Assembly: GCF_009914755.1 (NCBI RefSeq)
Contig: NC_060929.1
Direction: 5' to 3' (one strand)
DNA length: 64,000 bases
From: the human T2T-CHM13v2.0 reference genome, Homo sapiens
Of this stretch, positions 1 to 17,381 are shown one piece after another (positions within the stretch are counted from its first letter, which is position 1; the number at the start of each line of letters is the position of its first letter). The notes beneath the pieces were generated by a model that had not been told where the DNA came from, made no database searches, and was given only the letters and a program-made list of their open reading frames with translations. Both the position numbers and the translations under genes were made by a program.

Positions 1-420
1 AACTTTACTGAAGGATTAGATGTGAGGTGAGAGAGAAAAAGAGTCAGGGAATATAACACAGTTTGGAGCCTAAGCAGCTGGAAGGACGGAGTTCCCATTT
101 ATTTTGGTAAGGAAAGATGGTTTGGGGAAAGAGATAAGTTTTGGACATGTTATTTTTGAGGTGCCTATTAGACATGCAAGATGCATGTCATGTTGAGGGC
201 AGAGGTCTGAACAGGATGTGTAAATGTGAGACATCACCAAGGGAGTGAGTCTACGTGAAGGAAAGATCTGGGAGTGGAACTGGGGTCCCTAACATTGAGA
301 GTTTCAGGAGGTGAGCAGTGGCCAGCACAGGAGCCTGAGGAAGCACTGTCAGGACCAGAGCCCCGGAAGCTGACTGTGTCTTAGAAGCCAAGTGAAAGAA
401 AAAAAAGCGGGGGAGTTTCT
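1..420 (-). mobile_element. L2 LINE fragment
   Basis: Motifs ggattagatgtgag, ttttggacatgtt..tttgaggtgcct typical of antisense L2; by eye. Confidence 0.6.
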
Positions 421-544
421 AGGAAAAGATTAGATGAGATTGCCCAGGGGTGGGAAGAGTAGAAAGAGGAGAGAAGGCAGCATAGGACTGAGCTTTGAGG
501 AAATCCCAACACCTTAGAAGAAGATGAGAGAGCAAAGGAGACAA

Positions 545-795
545 AGACAAAATAGCCAGAATGATGGAAACAAAACGGAAATAGTGTTTGAGAAAATCCA
601 ACATCCATTCCTGATAGAACACTTTACAAACTAGGAAAAGGAGGGAACTTCCTTAGCCTGATAAAGAATCTCCATGAACAGTTGATAGCTAACATTATAC
701 TTAATGGTAAAAACTGAATGCTTTCCCTGTATGATCAGAAATAGGACAAGGACGTCCACCCTTGCCACCCTTATGTCACACTGTACTGGGGCTCA
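545..795 (+). mobile_element. Old L1 ORF2 fragment
   Basis: aaaatccaacatccattcctgata, aacattatacttaatggtaaaa, aggacaagga. Confidence 0.7.
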
Positions 796-1450
796 AGCCA
801 ACAACAGCATTTTAAAAGTTACGATCAGTACAGTGATCGTGCCTAGTTGGGGGCTCCTTGCAAATTTAATAGTAACATGAATTTCCATTTTTAAAATTAT
901 AAGTAAGAGTAAACTCCCCCCAACCAATAGCTGTTTTCTCATCATTTACACTTTACCTTAAGTAAGTGGTCCATTCCTGTCCCTGTTTTTCTACTGCTGT
1001 TTTGGTGTTTTCCTTATTGATATACCTAATACTGTATATTTAATCTGTAATATATATTTAAATACAGACATACATAATTGAATTTATAGGTTGACGTCTC
1101 CCATTGTTATTTTGAAATAGAGTTTTCTAAGACATAAATATTGTGACTAATGGTGACTTAGTATATATGGCGACTTAGTATATAACTGAAGTGACTTTTT
1201 TTTTTAACTTTCGTTCAGTTTTTTTTTGTTTGTTTTTGTTTTTTAACTTTCATTCAGTTTCGTTGAAACTGTTCGTTTCTTTACAGATTTAACCTTTACA
1301 TATTTCGTTTGAAATGCTTTGTGAGAGATCTGACCCTCCCTTCATTTTGTATTCTGTTTTTTTTCCTGGCATATAGAAAGGCTGTTGGTTTTTACTATTT
1401 TATATTGTCTTTAGTTACATTAATGAACTTTTATTCTAAGAGTTTTTTCA

Positions 1451-1789
<339 letters not shown>

Positions 1790-1996
1790 TCATTTTTCTA
1801 ACAGTTTTTCCTATTATTTTCATTTCTCACCTTATTTCTTTGGCTAGAAAGTCCATTATATTATTATTTAACCAATGGTGACAGTAAGTATTCCAATTAA
1901 TAACATCTTGATTTTTTAAGGTAAATGATTTTATAGTTTCACAGCTCAGTGTCATGTTGGATGATTAAAGTAGCATGTTAAGGACATATCTATATA

Positions 1997-2335
<339 letters not shown>

Positions 2336-2999
2336 TAAGTAAAACGTGTGATTAATTCCCTGCCCATGTTTACTTGGCTCTCTTAGGAAACATTTTCACT
2401 AGCCAAATATTCTTACAGTGTATAGCTCCACTCTGATACATGGATACATTATTGAATTAATGAGTTAATTAATGAAGAAAGTGGTCTTACAATGGTGAAC
2501 ACATGTAGTGGATAAGGAATGACAGGAAGGAATAAGTCTTTTGGATGAAAATGTGGGAGACCACAGCATAACGTGAGAAAAACAAGGATCTCTTCTTCCA
2601 AATTATTGCCTAAACCCAGGCACTTATGGAAGTGTTGGGCTATTAATAGTTCATAAACTGGGATGGCTTAGTTCCCTGTGCCTGTGAATCTATAATTGAC
2701 AGTCTGATAATCTACCAGTTCTAAGTATTAAGGAGGGAAGAGGAATAGCGGCACCAATCTAGTGGGCCTGAGTCGTCTTTAGTCTGTTTTCACCTCCAGC
2801 CTTTGGAGGGCTAAGTTACAACATTCTTGAATACCCCTCCAATAAATTGGGAATTACACCCATGATCCAAAGCATCTGAAAAATCACCCCAGACTCCTCC
2901 ACTCAGGGCTGCCCCCACACTCCTGCCTCATCCAGGTCCAGCAGTTTCCTCTTGTCTTTGCTTCCTTCCCAAGTTGCATGATTATAAACACATTTACTG

Positions 3000-3305
3000 G
3001 GCCGGGCGCAGTGGCTCCTGCCTGTAATCCCAGCACTTTGGGAGGCCGAGGCGGGTGGATCACAAGGTCAGGAGATCGAGACCATCCTGGCTAACACGAT
3101 AAAACCCCATCTCTACCAAAAATACAAAAAACTAGCCAGATGTGGTGGCGGGCGCCTGTAGTCCCAGTTATTCGGGAGGCTGAGGCAGAAGAATCACTTC
3201 AACCTGGGAGGTGGAGGTTGCAGTGAGCTGACATTGCGCCACTGCACTCCAGCCTGGGCAACAGAGGGACACTCTGTCTCTAAAATAAAATAAAATAAAA
3301 TAAAT
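3000..3305 (+). mobile_element. Alu (Sc/Y-like) with (TAAAA)n tail
   Basis: Full dimer; flanking repeat acatttact. Confidence 0.95.
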
Positions 3306-3409
3306 ACATTTACTTCTAATAACCCATAAGCACCTTGTACCTAGGAATCCTACTAATTATCCTCTCAGCGCATTTTCATACTACTCTCATTATTCACTTA
3401 TTCAATGAA

Positions 3410-4528
<1,119 letters not shown>

Positions 4529-4537
4529 GTTTTTTGT

Positions 4538-5217
<680 letters not shown>

Positions 5218-5881
5218 AAAATTATTTTTAAACCTTAATAGATTATACATTTTTTGAGCAGTTTTTTGTTTGTCAAATATGACTCCATTAAAAAGAAAAT
5301 GAAAAATACTTATGCTTAGATGCAATGTATTTTTCATGAATACATTTTGATAATGTATCGAGAACCTGAAATGCCACATTTTTATCACAAGATATTTGTA
5401 GTGATGGATAACCAGAACAACCCAGACATCCTACAATAGGAGAATAACAGTGTGTCCATAACATAGAATATATACTTAGTGTTTTAAACATATATTTAAT
5501 GATATGGAGAAGCATTTAAAGTAAGAATCAGTATAGTCCATTTTAAGTGGCATATAATTCTAATTGTGTATTTTTTGATGTGGCTATATATGTGTCTATA
5601 TGAGGAGAAAAAAGTCTAGAATTTAGTGTCACTGAAAATGGTAGGCTTGCCACCATGAATGAAGCTAGTACAGTTTTTGTTTTATCATTGTCTATAGTTT
5701 GCAAATAAAATATGTATTAATTCAACTTCACCATATAAAACTTACTGTTTTACACTCTTCCCCTTCATCTTTGTGATAGTTAGGATAGAGCATGTGGTGT
5801 GATGTCTCCTAGTGAAATGCATGTAAGACAAAGCCATGACTCTGAAAAAGAGTAAACAGTGAAGTTTAATATCTTTTGCAG

Positions 5882-6038
5882 GTTATTAATGCTGCACTGG
5901 CTTTAGCAGCAAAACCACAGAGTAAACTGGCCCAAGAGAACATGGATCTTTTTAAAGAACAATGGGAAAAACAAGTCCGTGTTCTCACAGATGCTGTCGA
6001 TGACATTACTTCCATTGATGACTTCTTGGCTGTCTCAG
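5882..6038 (+). CDS. CTNNA1: Alpha-E-catenin coding exon 11 (157 nt; VINAALALAAKPQSKL...DDFLAVS)
   Basis: Acceptor ttttgcag|GTT, donor CAG|gtaatg; translation is recognisable alpha-catenin M-domain sequence; phase matches next exon. Confidence 0.98.
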
Positions 6039-8105
6039 GTAATGAGCTGGTTCCCCAGAGAAGTATGTGAAGATGTTCATAATTACTTTTGTCTAAGTTG
6101 TATTAATGGGCAAACACTGCTATGTCTTGGCAGGTAAATTATTCTAACAATAATATTGTGCTGGTTTTCATTTTAATGTTAAAAAAGCTATCAGCTACAG
6201 GGTTTTCAAGTGACAGCTTCTCAGCTACTAGGAAGTAGCTGGGGTTGGAGATGTTTCCCTTGATAGGGCTGGTCTGAATCCTAGGAGCATGAATTAGAAA
6301 CCTGGCTGGCAAAGGCTTATCCCTGCTTGTATAGAGTGAGGTCTTTCAACTGGGACCGGTAGAACACCAGGACCATCCATCCCTCTTGCTGCCATTGTGT
6401 TTAGAAAAAACATTGATCTGTGTCTTGGTGGAGACTGTGGTTATTTGTTATCAGCCTATGAAACTTAGGAGAAGAAGGGATTCTCAACACCATCACCTTT
6501 AGTTTCTTTTTTAAAATAATTTCTTCCCTTCTTGGAAAGCCTCTCTTCTGTCTCTCAGAAATGATCATAGTCATAGTTTATCTGCCTACTTTTCCAAAGA
6601 CTTTCTGTCTGCATGATGCACAGATAGAAAACAGAGAGGAAATATTTAAGTGCCATTTAATTATGAACTTGAAAAAATAAATCTGGGTAATTCACCTCAC
6701 AAAAACAGTTGATTTCATTATATAAACATAAACTGGTAATGACTTAGTAAATTGCATTCATATAGAAAATATCTGTCAAATGCAATTCAGTGTTTATCAC
6801 ACAGAGATAAATTTCAATCCCATCTTCTTAGAGTTGAGTAACTATAAATGCATTCTCCATTTAACGGGACCTCTGTTGCCCTTGGCTGCATGGCTTGCTC
6901 TCTGAAAGTGCCAGACTTCCTGAGGCCAGTGGCTGTGGGCAGAATCAGTGGCTAAGTTTTTGTAGGGCTGAAACTACCTGTCACCCCAGGGAACCACGGG
7001 CTAGAACGTGGCAGTAGGGCTTGAAACAGAAGCGGGGCTTAAGTACATGCACAGCACAGTCCTCCAGCAGTGACCTATATAAGGGTGACTGTGTGTTCTG
7101 CATACCAATGCCTCCCTGTCTTCACACTCTCTCCTTAGGATGGGTAGCCTTGGCTTAACTTGAGAAACTGGGGAGCAAGCCATCTGTAAACTGCAAAAAG
7201 TAGGGGGTAAACCATGTTGCTGCAGGACTGCCAAATTGCAGGTGTTGGTACTTTAAAACAAAAATCTCATTTGCAAGCACATCTTTGCAGGTGCCAGAAA
7301 TGCAGCAATGGCTTTTTTGGGAAATCTTGGCCTTCTGTTGTTTTTCCCAATGAAGTACTGAATTATTCTTTTTCATTGGTTTAGAGAAAAACATTCCACC
7401 TTCACAGCACACTTTTAAGCAAACAACAAATTCTGAAATCTAAATGCAAAGCCCCCCTCCGGATAAATACTACATTCTTAAAGTTACTTTTTTGAGATTA
7501 GGTTGGGTATGTCTCAGGCTTGGTCTCAAGGGATTTTCAGTCCTCCTTACAGCCAAATAAAATGTAACAGCATCAGATGTCCCTCATGCACCATTCGTCA
7601 AATCAGTGAAGAAAAGGGATTCTGCAGCAGCATTTAGTGGATTCTAGGCAATATCTTTAGGGCATATGACATAAAAGAATGGAAAAGAGAAATCAAATTC
7701 TTTTAACAGATACACTGTTGTCTGGTGAGTGTGTTCAGTTTTTATGCAAATGTATGAGAGTATAAGAGGGATTGATTTGATGGAAAGGAGTTTAGACAGT
7801 TTCTATTTAGCAAATAAAATCATGGAACAATTCTTTCAGTCAAAGGTGGTGGTGTTTTCAGAGCATCTGAATTTTAGAAGTCTACCTGGTGTGTTTTTCT
7901 GATGTTCTGTCACAGCCCTGCTTAGGAATGTTACGTAATTAAATCATTAATAGGGCAAGGCCTTTCTTCATAACTCCTCTGATTTATGTAATATGCGGAG
8001 ACAAGCAGATGCCTGTGCAGGTTTCTACTGGGATGACCAGTTAATTTTCAGCATTCAGACTCCTTTATGTTCTTACGTACATCCCTTACCCATGGTAGCT
8101 TTGGC

Positions 8106-8419
<314 letters not shown>

Positions 8420-9690
8420 TAGGTGTCACACTTTTTATTTCGGGGGACTAGAGATATTTCCCCATCGCACCTGACACACAGCCTAGGCAGGTGTCATCTG
8501 CAGCAGTCACGGGCAGTATTTAGATGGGAAGCCACATCTTGGCCCTGACCTGGCCCTGCCACATTTGCCAGTGTCCCCTGGCCCTAAAGTATAGCGGTGC
8601 TTTGGTGGACCCATAGTGAGATGGGCTTGTTTTTGAGTAGGGGCTGCCTGGCAAGTGCCCAGCACAGGATCTGGCTTTTGAGGTAGGTGGGCTTCATAGC
8701 TTTTACTAAATGAACAGCAGGGATGCACTCTGACTTCTTGGAGTGGTTGTTTTCTACTGTCTCCTGGGGCTTGAGGCCCTTTGGTACAGAGTGAGAGGTT
8801 TTATGTAGTATTTGCATTTGTGATTTTCCACCATCAAATTCTCTTACACTCCATGGGGCCTGGATATTGGCTATAGCACTGTCCAGTCACTGAGAACCTG
8901 TCCAAGAGGAAATCGTTTATGGAGTAGGGCTTCAGCTCCTTTGTTCTGGATATTCTGCCCCATTGGCTCCAGAAATTCCCTCATACTTAGAACAAGTCAT
9001 GTCCTGATTTGTGGCTCAAAAAGTAATGGTCATCTTGTGTATAACCTGGTGCAGCCACCAAGACCCCGATGCCAGCATTTTATGAGGCTGTAGGGCGGGG
9101 GGAACTTTGATCATTGTCAAATATGTGACAGTCGCACTTGCATAGAAAAAGAGGAATATGCATGATAACCTCCAGGGAGGAGGGGTAGGGTCTCCTCACC
9201 CCCAAGCTATTCTATCCCAAATGCTGCCTTGTAAATATTGGAGATGGTTTAAGATGCTGGCATTCAGCAGACCAAGAATATATTTATATTGACCAATCCC
9301 TTAAGGAGAGTGGTTTGAAATTCATCAAAGTGATAAAGACTCTTTGAATTTCACTTGGATTGTATTTGATAAACGTTTTCCACGGAAATGTTATTGATTT
9401 CCATTCTCTGTGCTTACATGTTGCAGTTTTGGCTCCCTTTTTTTTGAAGATGCAAGTGGTTGCTTAGAGAAGCTCTAATTGGGTTTATTAAATTTTTTAC
9501 TAAATGCTCTTAGAAACAATATATATGCATTAAATGCTTTGGAGCAACACTTGGAGTGGTAATTTGTACTTTCCTTCATTAAGTGTCAGTGTCCAAAGAA
9601 TTTGGTCTGATTGGGAGGTCATTAAATACCTAATTATTATTGTACCTAAATGTTGGTTTTGTGTTTAATAGCAGAAATGCTAAACTATAG

Positions 9691-10055
<365 letters not shown>

Positions 10056-11685
10056 GGTGATTTTTTTTTTTTTAAGCCTACTATATAGTTTACATGGCAA
10101 GCCATCAGAATAGTTCATGTCACAGGGTAAATCCTCTACATAAAGTATGAAACATTGTTTTCATTTTCTTTGTGTGCAGCAGCCCTGCATACGCTGCATG
10201 CCATAAAGATACCCAGGGCAGAGGGTACAAAGAAGAGGCTCTATTGCTACACGTTGTAGACTGACATTCTGACATCTTTTATGGAGAATGCCAGTTGGCA
10301 TGGTTCCTGGGGGGCAATTAGGTACCATACTTCTACTTTAAACATATATGCTTTTTAACTCGCGATCTAACTGCTAGACATTTTCTCTAGGGGAGTGTCA
10401 CAAATATTTGCCAAAATACCTGTATAAGGATGTTTTCTTCAACCAGAATGTCTAAGGAAAGACTGAATAAGTGAATTATAGCCCCTCCATCTATTCAGTA
10501 GGGTACTATGCAGCCATTAAAATGGATGAGGTAGATCTGTAGGGCCAGACCTAGAAAGGTTTTCAAGTGAAAAAGATACAATAGTGTCCATAATATAATT
10601 CCTTTTATATTCATTTACATATAGTTGTCTATATTTTGTATGGACTGTTATATGTATGTGTATGAATTTTTTTCTATTAGAAGCACACCTATAAATAATG
10701 TATTGAACAGTTGTTCATGGGTACAGATTGTTGTGTCTACTCATAGTGGACCTATGCTGTTTCCTTAGCTAAAATGATGTATGGTTTCAGTTAAGTGTGG
10801 GCAGAGCCTGTCCCCCTCTGTTGAACAGTGGACTCGCACCTCCCCCCATCAGGTTCAGTTGTGGAGAGCAGGCTGGGTGCTCTGTCCTGGGTGTGTGGTA
10901 GCCTCAGCGAGGCTGGGGCTTTCCTAGAGACAAGTGTTTCATGAGGGTAGAGAATATTACTTTGGTCAGCTTCCTGAAGTGGGGAATATTACTCTAAAAA
11001 ATGGCACACTCTTTCCTGGTTTAGGTTCATCTAGAAGGCGGCCAGGATGAATTCAAGAAAGTCTAAATGGATTAAAAAAAAAAAAACCGTAGAAGTATCT
11101 AGACAAAGGTTAAAAAATCCTTGGTGGAAGTTTGGGTCACTTTGTTTAATGAACGGAAAGGAATGCCATACTTCATTGATTCTGAAATAGGGATGAGTCT
11201 TAAAATCAATGATATGAGAAAACACTGGTTCTTAGTTTTGCTATCAACATGATTTCTTTCCATTGTATTCCTTTCCTTTCCTTAGCAATGCAAGTTTCAT
11301 CTTAACGGTATTGTGTTAGATCCAGTAAAGCAGCAGTTTTTAACCCAAGACCTCGTATGGTAGTCCTGCTCAGTACATTTGTTTAGCTTGAATTATTAGA
11401 GTTTATATATTTTAAAAATGCTTGTGATGGGCTCCAAATCCATTTATTCTTGTAATTGGTTTAAATATCCCTCTTAAAATGTGTTTATGTTAGAAGTTTA
11501 ATATGTTTACTCTTTTCATTAGTTCAGTGGTATAAACCCTGGCAAGTCTCATAATTTGTAATTAATAGAGACCAAAATATGGTCTTAACTATATTGCAGT
11601 AATCTAGTTTTCCCTTCTCTAATAAGAATTCTTACTGTTTCCTGGCCTTCCCTGGAAAGGTGTTTTTTGTTTGTTTTGGCTTTTG

Positions 11686-11795
11686 TTTTTGAGACAGAGT
11701 CTCACTCTGTTGCCCAGGCTGGAATGCAGTGGCGCGATCTTGGCTCACTGCAACCTCTGCCTCCTGGGTTCAAGCCATCCTCCCGCCTCAGCCTC
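11686..11795 (-). mobile_element. Truncated Alu right arm
   Basis: gagacagagtctcactctg...ctcagcctc. Confidence 0.9.
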
Positions 11796-12658
11796 TAGAT
11801 CTGTATCATCCACTTTAATGGCTGCATAGTTCCCATAATTCATTTATCCACCCTTCTCTTGGAGATTTTGGTTGCTTTCACGTTGTTACTACAGATGAGT
11901 TTGAGCAAACCCTTTGTGGTGGGGTTCCTAAAAATTTATAGTGTCAGGCTTTTTGCTTTGAGGAAAAATAGTTTTGGTGTGTTGCCCAAATTCAGCTGTA
12001 AGACTGTTAGGAGCCACCCATCAGCTTCATAGGAGTCAGGGGTTTTCACCTCTAGGGACCCTTCAAATATCACAATAAGCCCATCTGTGTACCATGAAGA
12101 GGGTTATTAAATAGTTCATCTCACACCTCAGGGTCCTCTAGAGGAGGCTTCAACCTGCTTTCCAGCACCTTCTCCTATCCCAGGGCTGTACTGGCTTCTT
12201 GGTAGATTGTCTGAATATCATCAGCATCTCCTGGAAGGAGAGGGAGAGGGGACAGTGGACTTTTGTTCTAATTTAGCCTTTCCTTTATTTGGGACATAGA
12301 GTCAGTGAAGCTAGAGGAAGATAAGTTATTGATGCTTCTATGATAATTTTCTGCCAGAAAATTACAGAACAGCTGTGTCTCAAAGATGGGCATGTCTCCT
12401 GTTTTTTTTGTGTGTGTTTTTTATTTTTTGTTTTTTTTTTTTTTTAAAAACTGGAATGAAGATTGTTATTCTTGGGGGTGATAACAGGTTTAGTTTCTGT
12501 CTCTGTCACTAGTCACTGGTCTCTCCAATGAAGTATATGTAAAACTTTCAGCACTGTGGCTGGCACCAAGCAAACAATAAATGATAGATGCCAGCTTACA
12601 GTTGCCACCTTTTCATAGAAAGCCTCCTTCCTCATTCAACTTTTTGCTTGTTCTCCAG

Positions 12659-12859
12659 AGAATCACATTTTGGAAGATGTGAACAAATGTGTCATTGCTC
12701 TCCAAGAGAAGGATGTGGATGGCCTGGACCGCACAGCTGGTGCAATTCGAGGCCGGGCAGCCCGGGTCATTCACGTAGTCACCTCAGAGATGGACAACTA
12801 TGAGCCAGGAGTCTACACAGAGAAGGTTCTGGAAGCCACTAAGCTGCTCTCCAACACAG
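12659..12859 (+). CDS. CTNNA1: Alpha-E-catenin coding exon 12 (201 nt; ENHILEDVNKC...LLSNT)
   Basis: ttctccag|AG ... CAG|gtacgg; overlaps ORF 12670-12909. Confidence 0.98.
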
Positions 12860-13404
12860 GTACGGGAACTCTCCCTTTCCAGTGCTCGCACACACCGCAG
12901 CCTCAGTGAGGCAGGCCACCCCATTAGCCCAGCCCTGTGGTGAGGAAGGAGGAGTTGGGAACTCAGATTTGGTCTCATGGCACATCGGGCTCCTGAGAAG
13001 CTGGTCATAGCCAAATTCAGGCCTCACAAGCATATTTTCTTCATCTGTATCTCATGAGTAATCACGGGACTAATTCTAAACACACGATTTAAGATGAATT
13101 TCTGAGTTAAATCTCCTATTAGTGAGTAAAGACTAAATTAAGGTAGGTCCCATTCTTAAGCAAGGCTTCAAGTTAGTCTCACTTCAAGTTCTCAACCATC
13201 CAATCTCTGTTGCAGAGAAAAAGATGATTTGAGTCGTAAAATACTGCATTTAATTTATTTCAACTGTAAATACCCTTCACACAGGTAGAAGCAGAGGCTC
13301 ATCATAAGCCTCACCTCTTTCTGTCTAGCTGAGTGATTCAGGGAGGGCCAGGGGAATGATGCTGCCTGCTGACCAGGGTATCTACTGTGCCTCTTTCTCC
13401 ACAG

Positions 13405-13556
13405 TCATGCCACGTTTTACTGAGCAAGTAGAAGCAGCCGTGGAAGCCCTCAGCTCGGACCCTGCCCAGCCCATGGATGAGAATGAGTTTATCGATGCTT
13501 CCCGCCTGGTATATGATGGCATCCGGGACATCAGGAAAGCAGTGCTGATGATAAGG
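13405..13556 (+). CDS. CTNNA1: Alpha-E-catenin coding exon 13 (152 nt; VMPRFTEQV...AVLMIR)
   Basis: ctccacag|TC ... AGG|gtgagt. Confidence 0.98.
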
Positions 13557-15099
13557 GTGAGTAACTGCATTTCAGACGTCTTAACAGCTTCTTTCTTATC
13601 ATTTGCTAAACTTGAGCAATGCGTCATTCTAGAACTCGGCAGATGCGGTGGCAGTATATTAAAACCATGAATCTAAAAGCTGTTAGAATGAGATATATTT
13701 AATTACGTTGTCTAAAATGACTGTTAGTTGCAAGTTAGAGCCCAAACTTGGGCCAAGAAGGGGAGCTAGCCTGAGTTGACGATTTAATTTAGGATAAACA
13801 GTCTCTACAACATGAGGCTTCAGTTTGAGTTAGGCAGGAAATTATAGAAAATAATGGTTCTCAAGCTAGTATCAGAGAAGGAAGTATTTTCATAATGCGG
13901 ATTCAAGTTATTGTTCACATGAAGTGCCCCTCTCTTCGGAGGGGCTGCAGGCAGACGGGATGATGGAACCCCAGGGTGTTGGGGGGAGGAGCGGCCCCAG
14001 GTGATGCGCCTAGGCTCATGGCCAAGTGCCGAGCCCCTTTCCCCATAGCCAGAGTGCCTGGAGGGCCTCTGTCGCAGGGGCAGAGGAGAAAGGGGCCTCT
14101 ATGGCATCTGTGATTGAGCTCCCGGCATACTGTCCTGCTCTCTGACAACTATTCCTGTCTTCATTCAAGAATCATCCAGCCCCTGGGCCTCTCAGTTTCT
14201 TGATGTCTTGTCCTCCTCCACCTCAACCTCACGGCCATAGCTGTACCTCAGCTTTTGTCACTGCCTGCCATTGTCTTTGTCATCCCCAGCAGCCTAGATC
14301 TATTGTTCAGGTTGCGCCCTCGAGTCCTGCAACTCCCAGCGAGCCTTTGAGTCTACTGTGGGGTCTTCAGTCAGTTGGTCCTCCCCATGTGTCACTCAGC
14401 CCCTTGTGTCCTTGGTTCAGTCCTTTGTTAGCTTTGAGTCCATAGTTGAGTATACTCACTCCTCTGCCCTGCTGTTTCCTCACACCTGCCTTGCAAGGTG
14501 CAGTCCTGGCAAGATCCTGCTCTCCTGAGCACAGTGCAGATGGCCACAGCCACGCTGATGGAGCCGCAGAAGCCGCGGCCATTTGTGCGCCCTTGCTGCC
14601 CTGCAACAGGCGTCCACCCACCCACCCACACCTGTGCCCCTGTCCTGTTTGGCCCACTTGCCGATTTCGTTGAGGATACTGAGGCAGTTAGTGCGTCCAC
14701 CCCTCTGCATCCCATGTCTGTGTGCTCTACCTTCCTCCTAGCACCATGGGCATTGCTCTCGGTGCTTCTGGCCAAGGCCATCCCTTGCACGTCTTTGTAC
14801 TAGGATCCCAGCTTCTTCACCCCCTGCCTCCTGTACCTTTCCCCAAGCCTATGATGATTTCTCCCATTTTTAGGGGGAAAAAAAAAGTCTCTTGACCCAC
14901 ACCCCTTCTCAGTCTCCTTGGCTGGTTTCTCCCCATCTCCTCAGCCTGTGAAACACGGGTGTGGCCTGCTGGGAAGTCCTTGACCTCTTCAGAGTCCTGT
15001 CTAGAGGCCGACTCTCCTAAGTTCCACACCTGTCTGCGCACCTTGCCTCCTCCCTCTCACTTGCTCCACCCAGGCAGCACATGTTAGTTGATAGTGACT

Positions 15100-15881
15100 C
15101 CGTCTTCCCTTGCTCGGGCCCAGACCTCGGATCTTTTATTTCCCTTTTGTCCCATACCTCACATCTGCTTTATCTGTGAATTCTTTTGGCTCTCCGTTCA
15201 CAGTAGAGAACCTGAACATGTTCTCACCCTCGTCTAAGCCACCAGCACCTCTCACCCGGGTTCATGCAGGTGCCACTCAGCTGGTTCCCTGTTCCCATCC
15301 TGGGTGCCTACAGTCTCATGAGCCACAGGGCAGCCAGAGCGATTTCTGTAAGCTTCAATCAGATCATGTTATCCTCTGTGCCAGCGTCTCCACAGGCCGC
15401 CACGTCACTCATTCTTTATGCTGGCCTACGAGGCCTTCTGGGACTGGAACCTGTCACTTCTCCAACCTTATTTCCTGCTGATCTCCTCTTGTACTCATGG
15501 GGTTCCAGGCAAGCCGGTGACATGGGGGCAGTGAGCTAAGCCCCCCTTCTGTGGCCTCCTTGCTATTCACGCAGTTCCCTGGGCCAACGCCCCTTCCCCA
15601 CGGCCTCTATGCTGCCACCCGCCCCCCCTTCCCCCTCCTTGAGAGCACCTTCTCGTGAGACTTTTCCAAACACCCATATAGAATTAAAATCTCCCTTTAT
15701 TCATCACTACTTTCTTCATAGCACTGGTCACTTTTGATGTGTCATATAATTCATTTGCTTACTTTGTTGTCATTTCTTCCATTAGAATATGCGAGAGGAA
15801 TTTTTGTCTGTTTGTCACTTTGTATCTTTAGGGCCCAGAACAGTGCTTGGCAGAGAGATTGAATGAATGAATGAATGAATG
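15100..15881 (+). mobile_element. L2 3' region ending in (GAAT)n
   Basis: agaacagtgcttggca followed by tgaatgaatgaat; start approximate. Confidence 0.6.
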
Positions 15882-16786
15882 AGAGTACTCGGTTTTCTTG
15901 GCAAGAACGGTTCTTGGGTCTGCGATGGGGTGCTGGGGAGGTAGAGATGATGTTAGGAGGTGGTCCTTTGAAAAGCCCCTTAACTGATTGATTGCATGCC
16001 AGTCCCGAAGGCATGTGTGACTGCAGCGTTAAAACTGTCAGTGCTGGCATTGTGTTTTGTGCCACCGAGTCCATCGGCCTCCAGGACCTCACACCGACAT
16101 GCTGTCTGGTCCCCTGCGTGAGCGTCCACTGTTCTCACCTCATCAAGGGACAGGCCCAGCCTTTGCACAGCACGTTCTTGGTGGTTCCAGAATGTTTCTT
16201 GCATATCTTCTTGTTTGAACCTCACTGCAAGTCCTTGGGCTGGGCTTGGACTATGTCCTGGTACACAGACGAGAGACTCGCCTCACTGCCCTCCTGTCAC
16301 AGGCCAGCCGGCTGGGCTGAGCGCCAACCCCAGCTGTTCTGCCTGCTGCCCCCTTACTGATAACTGCCAGAGGACAACATTATGTTTCAAGTCAGTAGCT
16401 AATCATGAGAGGCTGGTAGTTGGTACAAAATAAGAATTTTATTTCATAATTAAAGCAAAGAGCTAGGACCAGTAATCAGTCCCTTGGGTATTTACTCAGC
16501 CCTTACCTGCCATATTCTCCCCTCTTTTCTTTTGATGAAAGTCAAAAGAATACTTTAAAATACATTGCCTATTTTTACTCCTCCAAGCAGCCTTGGTACC
16601 CTAACAGAAGGCCCAGTTATTTAATTTTCTTTTTGTCATAAAGTAGGAAAGTTATACAAATCCGCTTAATACTATACAAAACACCTCTATTTTTAAGTCA
16701 GTACCTTTTCTACCCAGGACAGTTCTCATCTTTGTCTTAAAATGCCGGTGTTGGGGAAGTAAATTAGGAAGTAAAAACCTTATGTC

Positions 16787-17087
16787 ACTGGGCACAAGTG
16801 GCTCACGCCTGTAATCTCAGCACTTTGGGAGGCCAGGGCAGGCAGATCACCTGAGGTCAGGAGTTCAAGGCCAGCCTGACCAACATGGTGAAACCCCGTC
16901 TCTACTAAAAATACAAAAATTAGCCGGGCATGGTGGCATGTTGCCTCTAATCCCAGCCACTTGGGAGGCTGAGGCAGGTGAATCTCTTGAACCCGGGAGG
17001 CGGAGGTTGCATTGATTCCAAGATCACGCCACTGCACTCCAGCCTGGGTGACAGAGCGAGACTCTGTCTCAAAGGAAAAAAAAAAAA
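16787..17087 (+). mobile_element. Alu (Sx-like)
   Basis: Full dimer with A-tail. Confidence 0.95.
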
Positions 17088-17381
17088 CAATCATGTCTTA
17101 CAAAGAAATAGTGAATTGACTCAGTGATAGCAATTGAGCCCCACACACAGTGAAACCAGCCCAGGCCTGCTGTGGGCCAGGCAGCCCAGCGTGTGCACCA
17201 GTGAAGCAGAGGCTCGAGACAAATGCTGAGTGATTTTGACTTTATTCACCATACTGTTCAGAACACTGCACATTAAAATCCAGAATTCTGGGCCTCCGTG
17301 CACCTGGCCAAGAGGCTCAGGGTGGCTGGGGGCTGGTGGCCCAGAGATGTGTCTGACCTGTGATCTTTGTCTGGGTGGCAG

